Of a stretch of DNA of 64,000 bases, positions 59,241-64,000 are shown piece by piece. A model generated the notes under the pieces. The model was not told the origin of the DNA, did no database searches, and saw only the letters and a program-made list of their open reading frames with translations. Within the stretch, counting starts at the first letter, position 1. Each line of letters starts with the position of its first letter. The position numbers and the translations under genes were made by a program. This DNA comes from Candidatus Binatia bacterium (lineage in GTDB: Bacteria; Desulfobacterota; Binatia; HRBIN30): positions 320,001-384,000 of the forward strand of contig JBBRSP010000003.1 in the NCBI GenBank assembly GCA_038245295.1, in the 5' to 3' direction.

Positions 59241-60680
59241 ATGTTCATCAGAATGCTGCGCGAGTGCGCTTTCGGATTCACCTGTTTGGCCATGCTGTTG
59301 TGGGCGGTGCCGGCAGTTTACGCCGCACCGGTCTCGACGATGACCTGGCGCACCGAAGCCGCCCCGAGCGGATTCTGCGTACTCGGAACTTTCGACAACG
59401 CCGCGTTCAACGTCTTCGGAACGACGGTGAATTTTGGTACGCAGGCGGGCGGTTTCTCCTGCACCGGTAGTCTGGTCGGCCCGGCCTTCATCGGCCACTG
59501 CGACTCGCAGCCGGATGCCAGCCAATGGGGCTTCGACTTTTCGGTCCCGGCATCGCTAACGTTTCAGCCCGGGATACCCACTCCCTTCGTCGGCATTTCG
59601 TCGAACGTCACCGGCACCATTGCTACGGCGCTGGGCAATCTGACGTACACGCTCGACGGCACGGATACGCAGCGGGGTGTAATGTTCCCTGCGACGACCA
59701 TTCCCGGCTGCCCGATCGTCGGAGCGGTGGACGTGCACGACGGCATCGGCGGTCTGAACGCCTTCCAGAGCACGGCTACCGGAACCGGGACCAACGTGGC
59801 GCTCAGCACCACCAGCACGTATACCGATCCCAACACCGGCAACCCGACTTCCGCCGCCGTCGATATCACCTTCGACAATGTTACCAGCGGTGGCAGCACC
59901 CTCGTCACCGCCACCTCGAATGCCGCCGGCGATCTCACCAACAACTTCAAGGTCGACATCGGTGGCTATCAGGCGACGTTCATCGACGTCACCACCACCG
60001 CCTCCTTCAGCAACAACATCACCATCTGCCAGCACTACAACGATGCGGACAACGATGGCTACGTGGACGGCACCGGCGTGCTCGAAACCAGCCTGCGCTT
60101 CCTGCACAGCGAAGGTGGTACGTTCGTCGATCGTACCTTGAATCCGCCGGACCCGATGAACAACATCATCTGCGCGCAGGTAACCAGCTTGTCGCCGTTC
60201 GTGATCGGTGTGGCCGTGGCGATGCAGTCCACACACGATGGGGTGGTGCTACCGCCGTTGCCGCTCAAGGTTACCATCCCCAAGGGCAAGACGGAGCTGG
60301 CCAAGACTCTCAAGGTGAAAGTGCAAAATGCGGATTTCAGCGACTCGACGGGGCATACGGCGCATCTGTCGATCAGCGCCAGCACGTGCCCGGCCAGTCT
60401 GTTGCTCGATACGCTGCACGCCGCCGTCGTCCCTGATTTCAATGCCAAGAGCGCCGGTTCGCAGGATTCGACCAACGTGCTCCCCGGCAAAGTGGTAACC
60501 GCTCGAGTGGCGCTGACCCTCAAGCGCGACGACTTCACCAGCGCCAGTGCCAAATCACCGCTGCGTTGCACGATTACCTTCACCACAAGCACCATCGCGC
60601 CCGGTACGGTAATCGACCCGAATGTGTCGAACAACACGGCAAAGGTGGAGATCGACGTGATCGATCGGAACGATTTCTAA
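59241..60680 (+). CDS. Exported multi-domain beta-sandwich protein of unknown function (islet cargo)
   Basis: Signal peptide; ITFDNVT..ICQHYNDADNDG..ICAQVTSLSPF domain; C-terminal DPNVSNN. Confidence 0.8.
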   Translation: MFIRMLRECAFGFTCLAMLLWAVPAVYAAPVSTMTWRTEAAPSGFCVLGTFDNAAFNVFGTTVNFGTQAGGFSCTGSLVGPAFIGHCDSQPDASQWGFDFSVPASLTFQPGIPTPFVGISSNVTGTIATALGNLTYTLDGTDTQRGVMFPATTIPGCPIVGAVDVHDGIGGLNAFQSTATGTGTNVALSTTSTYTDPNTGNPTSAAVDITFDNVTSGGSTLVTATSNAAGDLTNNFKVDIGGYQATFIDVTTTASFSNNITICQHYNDADNDGYVDGTGVLETSLRFLHSEGGTFVDRTLNPPDPMNNIICAQVTSLSPFVIGVAVAMQSTHDGVVLPPLPLKVTIPKGKTELAKTLKVKVQNADFSDSTGHTAHLSISASTCPASLLLDTLHAAVVPDFNAKSAGSQDSTNVLPGKVVTARVALTLKRDDFTSASAKSPLRCTITFTTSTIAPGTVIDPNVSNNTAKVEIDVIDRNDF

Positions 60681-60909
60681 TGAGGTAGGCGGATAGCCAG
60701 CATTGACGCCCGATTTGATTGTGAGCCACACAAGGTAGAGCGTTTGATCCGCCTTGATTCTTCGTTCAAAACGAGGCGTGTGTGCAGTGGTTATCACGGA
60801 TGGGGCCGATGCCTTGGATCTCCACGTGAAGTTTCCGGGCTAGTTCTTATGAGGCTGGCATCCCCCGCCCAAACGGGGTAAACGCGCAAACCTACCGAGT
60901 TGCACACAC

Positions 60910-60983
60910 GCCCTCGTAGCTCAGATGGATAGAGCACAGGATTCCTAATCCTGGGGCCGCGCGTTCGAATCGCGCCGAGGGCA
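60910..60983 (+). tRNA. tRNA-Arg (anticodon CCT); CCA not encoded
   Basis: Acceptor GCCCTCG/CGAGGGC; D-arm GCTC/GAGC; anticodon arm CAGGA-TTCCTAA-TCCTG; T-loop GTTCGAATC. Confidence 0.97.
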
Positions 60984-61004
60984 AGCCTTTTCTCAATTGA
61001 CAGT

Positions 61005-61054
61005 GGATAGTGGACAATTGACAACGGGCGCTTGCTGTCAATTGTCCACTATCC
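61005..61054. repeat. Heptamer-based inverted repeat after the tRNA; possible terminator
   Basis: Perfect 19-bp IR GGATAGTGGACAATTGACA / TGTCAATTGTCCACTATCC. Confidence 0.65.
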
Positions 61055-61113
61055 TTTGTCCACTGCCGCACGGTGCTTGCAAGGTTGGCGGCGATCCGAT
61101 ACCCGGGCCGCCT

Positions 61114-62028
61114 ATGCGGTGGCGATCGGTGGTTCTCGGGGTGGCATTGGCGGCGGTGTTTACCGCCTGTGGTGAGGAGACGGCGGCGCCGGTGCCGCAG
61201 CTCAGTGCCGCGGCAGCGGCGGATCGCGGCGGCGTCGCCTTCTACGATACGCTGTTCGGCGTGCGCGATGCCGGTGACGAGACGATTGATCTGCTGCGCC
61301 ACGCGACGCGCCTTAACCCTCAGGACGGCGTGTCGCTGTTCCGTCTCGGCATGATCCAATTTTTTCTGTACGCGCAGAGCGTCAACGACAATCAGCTCAA
61401 TAAGACTCCGGCCCAGCTCGGTCGGCTCGACGAGGCGCAGCGCAACCTCGACGCCGCTGTGCCACTGCTTCCCGAGGACCGGCGGGTCCCCGGCTTTCGT
61501 GCCGCTATAACGTTTACCCGCGGCTTTGCGGCGCAGAACGAGTCACTGAAGCAAGTCGGCCTGCAGCAGCTGCGCGCCGCGGTCGATTTGTACCCGGAAT
61601 TCAATAATTTCGATTTTATTGGCACCGTAGCTCCGGTGGTCAGTCCGAGCGATCCGTTGTTTGCTGAAGCGCTGGGGTATGTTGGCGATCCGTTGACCAG
61701 CGCCTGCTCGCCGTTCACCGAGCCGATCATCTGCGGCAACCTGGGCAAGGCAGCGCACAACGTCGAGGGTGCCCTCGTGCTTTTCGGCGATCTCTACGCC
61801 AAGGCTGGCGATACCGATCGCGCCAAAGGGTTCTATCGCTTGGCGCAGGCGTCGGGAGCGAGCTTTCCGACCAGCGGCGGCACGTGGCCGTTTGCCTACC
61901 TGGTAGCGGAGCGCCTGCGCACGGCATCCGAACGCGTGCGGCTCTATCGCGACGATGACCCATCGAATGACCCCTTGCTCGTCGGCTATGGGAAGGAATC
62001 ATGCGCTGTTTGCCACTACAAAGGTTGA
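61114..62028 (+). CDS. TPR-like lipoprotein with a C-terminal CxxCH motif
   Basis: Lipobox FTAC; helical repeats; ends in SCAVCHYKG. Confidence 0.7.
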   Translation: MRWRSVVLGVALAAVFTACGEETAAPVPQLSAAAAADRGGVAFYDTLFGVRDAGDETIDLLRHATRLNPQDGVSLFRLGMIQFFLYAQSVNDNQLNKTPAQLGRLDEAQRNLDAAVPLLPEDRRVPGFRAAITFTRGFAAQNESLKQVGLQQLRAAVDLYPEFNNFDFIGTVAPVVSPSDPLFAEALGYVGDPLTSACSPFTEPIICGNLGKAAHNVEGALVLFGDLYAKAGDTDRAKGFYRLAQASGASFPTSGGTWPFAYLVAERLRTASERVRLYRDDDPSNDPLLVGYGKESCAVCHYKG

Positions 62029-62792
62029 TCGTCTCGGCGATCGTGAGTGTCGGGATTCTCGGGGCAGAGGGGCGACATGCCGCGGCGCAACCGTCGCTGA
62101 TCTTGTCGCAGGTGAGTGGCGCTCCGGGGACAAGGGTTACCTTCTCCGGTTCGCTTGCGGCCGGCGGTAGCGATGTTGCCGCCGTGCAAGGAGATATCAC
62201 CTTCGATCCCTTGGCCGTTCCGATTGCCGGTGCGGCGGTCGGTAATCCGTTCTGCGGCCTCAACCCAGGACTCAGCGAGCATTGGCAAGGCGTCTTCTCC
62301 TTGCCGCTGGCTGGTTGCAGCGACGGCACTTGCAATATCCTCCGCGCGATTGTTCTCCCCCTTCAGCAAGGTCCTATTTTGGCACTGCCGCAGGTCACCC
62401 AGCTTTTCACATGCGACATCGATATCGCGCCGGACGCGATGTTGGATACTTATCCCTTGAGTCTGAGTCGCGTGCGGTTCGGCGATCCGGAGGGCCTCAA
62501 CATCGACGGCGCTGGGGTAGGCGGCTCGGTCGACGTGGTCGCCGCGGCTACACCAACACCGAGCCCAAGCCCGAGCCCAACGGCTACACCAACACCACGT
62601 CCCTGCGCCGGCGATTGCAATGGTGATCGCGACGTCCCGATCAACGAGCTGATTGCCATCGTCAACATCGCGCTCGGCAATCTGCCGCTCAGCAGTTGCG
62701 GCGCCGGCGACGTCAGCGGCAACGGCGAAATCACCATCGACGAAATCCTGCAGGCCGTGAATGTCGCGCTGGCCGGCTGCCCGGCGCCGTAG
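62001..62792 (+). CDS. Exported cohesin-like plus dockerin-like protein
   Basis: VSGAPG..VAAVQGDITFD..LFTCDIDI..F.DP.G cohesin-like domain; PT linker; CAGDCNGD..GDVSGNGEITIDE..GC. Confidence 0.72.
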   Translation: MRCLPLQRLIVSAIVSVGILGAEGRHAAAQPSLILSQVSGAPGTRVTFSGSLAAGGSDVAAVQGDITFDPLAVPIAGAAVGNPFCGLNPGLSEHWQGVFSLPLAGCSDGTCNILRAIVLPLQQGPILALPQVTQLFTCDIDIAPDAMLDTYPLSLSRVRFGDPEGLNIDGAGVGGSVDVVAAATPTPSPSPSPTATPTPRPCAGDCNGDRDVPINELIAIVNIALGNLPLSSCGAGDVSGNGEITIDEILQAVNVALAGCPAP

Positions 62793-62793
62793 G

Positions 62794-63654
62794 CTATTTG
62801 CGCTTCGTCAGCTTCTTGTAGGTGAGCAAGTGGCGCAGCGCCTGGGTGCGACGGCCGACTCGATCGAGCACGCGCGCCAGGTTGAAGTGTGCATCGGCAA
62901 ACTTCGGCTCGGTGCGTAGTGCGTCTTGATAGTGGCCGATGGCTTCGTGGACTCGTTCGAGGTCTTCGAGGGCGATTGCCATGTTGTAGTGGGCGATCGC
63001 GTCATCGGGCTGCATACTGATCGCCTTGCCGTAGAACTGCGCGGCCTCGCGCAGCTTACCCTGCTGATGCTCCAGGCGACCGAGGTTGACGTAGGCGTCG
63101 GCGAACTGCGGATCGAGCGCCAGGGTGCGATCGTACGCGGCACCGGCGCCAACCATGTCGCCGCGTTGCTCGCGCTCGAGGCCGCGCTCGAACCACTCGC
63201 TGGCATCTCCGGCAAAGTCAGGGGTGACTGTCTTGTTCGTCGCGGCGAACGCCTTGGCGGACCGCGCCAGCGGTAGCACATCGAAGTCGAACACCAACTG
63301 GCCGTTCGACGGATCCCAGGCGCTGCCGCCCTTTCGCACCACCACGTCCTTGCCGTCGTTGCCGATACGCACGCCGGTCAGCGGCTGATCGGACGGCAGC
63401 TGTTTGGTTAGCTCTGACAACGCGCGGCGAACCCGGCGCACGGGGATGTTCGCTTCGAGCAGCCCTTGCGCCGTTCGCAGCAACACGAGATCCTGAAAAT
63501 TGAAGCGGAAGTGCCGATTGGCCAGGCGCCGCGGTCGGCATAAGCCGGCGTGCACGAGTTCGCGCACGCGGCGTGGGTCAACGCCAATCAGGCGCGCCAC
63601 GTCGCGGGTTGCGAAACGATCTTCCGTCGCTGGCGCCTCTGGTTGCTCCACCAC
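62794..63654 (-). CDS. MerR-like HTH plus TPR-repeat protein
   Basis: DVARLIGV..FNFQDLVLLR; TPRs ADAYVNLG, IAHYNMA and ADAHFNLA. Confidence 0.82.
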   Translation of the reverse strand: MVEQPEAPATEDRFATRDVARLIGVDPRRVRELVHAGLCRPRRLANRHFRFNFQDLVLLRTAQGLLEANIPVRRVRRALSELTKQLPSDQPLTGVRIGNDGKDVVVRKGGSAWDPSNGQLVFDFDVLPLARSAKAFAATNKTVTPDFAGDASEWFERGLEREQRGDMVGAGAAYDRTLALDPQFADAYVNLGRLEHQQGKLREAAQFYGKAISMQPDDAIAHYNMAIALEDLERVHEAIGHYQDALRTEPKFADAHFNLARVLDRVGRRTQALRHLLTYKKLTKRK

Positions 63655-63685
63655 ACCACAATCTGGGTCTCGCGACCCTGTCGAC

Positions 63686-64000
63686 TCAACGCCCCTTGGC
63701 GTTGGCGCGCTTCGGAACGGCGGCGAGGGCGCGCGGCTTGGCGGCCTTGCGCATCGGCGCCGTCTCTTCTTGCTGCTTCGCCGCCAGGCTTGCCTTGAGT
63801 GCTTCCATCAAGTCGACGATCTGCACCTTCGGCGCCTGCGGCGTGGCGGCAACGATTTCCTCGCCAGCCACCTTCTTCTCGATCAATCCCAGGACTCGTT
63901 CGCGGTAGTCGTCCTTGTATTGCTCCGGTTGGAAACGATCGCTTGCCAACTGCCCGATGAGTTGCACGGCCAGGTCGAGCTCGCCCGGTTTGCTGTTGAC
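63686..64000 (-). CDS. ku: Ku (NHEJ DNA end-binding) protein, 5' partial
   Basis: ELDLAVQLI..F.PEQYKDDYRERV..LIEKK..IVDLMEALKASL plus basic tail. Confidence 0.9.
   Translation of the reverse strand, partial: VNSKPGELDLAVQLIGQLASDRFQPEQYKDDYRERVLGLIEKKVAGEEIVAATPQAPKVQIVDLMEALKASLAAKQQEETAPMRKAAKPRALAAVPKRANAKGR

Noticed and set aside
60855..60905. c-di-GMP-I riboswitch upstream of the tRNA
   Set aside because: Only a superficial GCAAA resemblance; it lacks the GNRA/receptor architecture and lies in the tRNA leader

Overview
GC-rich bacterial chromosomal segment. Gene style (Cys-flanked dockerin-like tails, an F420-type LLM enzyme, CaiB pairs, Ku) suggests Candidatus Binatia or a related deltaproteobacteria-like lineage; this is an inference only. 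In order, the window holds: two LpxL-type acyltransferases around a ferritin-like gene; a Zn-ADH; a tightly coupled six-gene minus-strand operon (NTT/Npt carrier, membrane protein, NTT-HEAT fusion, tandem cNMP-binding protein, exported kinase-like protein, purple-acid-phosphatase-like lipoprotein) behind a sigma54-like promoter; an N-terminally truncated histidine kinase; a 2952-aa DUF11/isopeptide-repeat surface protein; a VWA-PspA-membrane module with a divergent two-component system; metabolic and envelope genes (bcp, phaC-like, dsbA-like, ABC, CaiB x2, cysE, gloB, lpxD); several decayed genes; tRNA-Arg(CCT); cohesin/dockerin-like proteins; and the 3' end of ku. The strongest non-coding signals are a family of REP-cored MITEs with 4-bp target duplications that insert into their own hairpin loops, and a 2.35-kb islet bounded by a duplicated tRNA leader plus tRNA 5' end. 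The best candidate for an undescribed system is the NTT/cNMP/kinase/phosphatase operon. All calls come from reading the sequence; no database searches were run.
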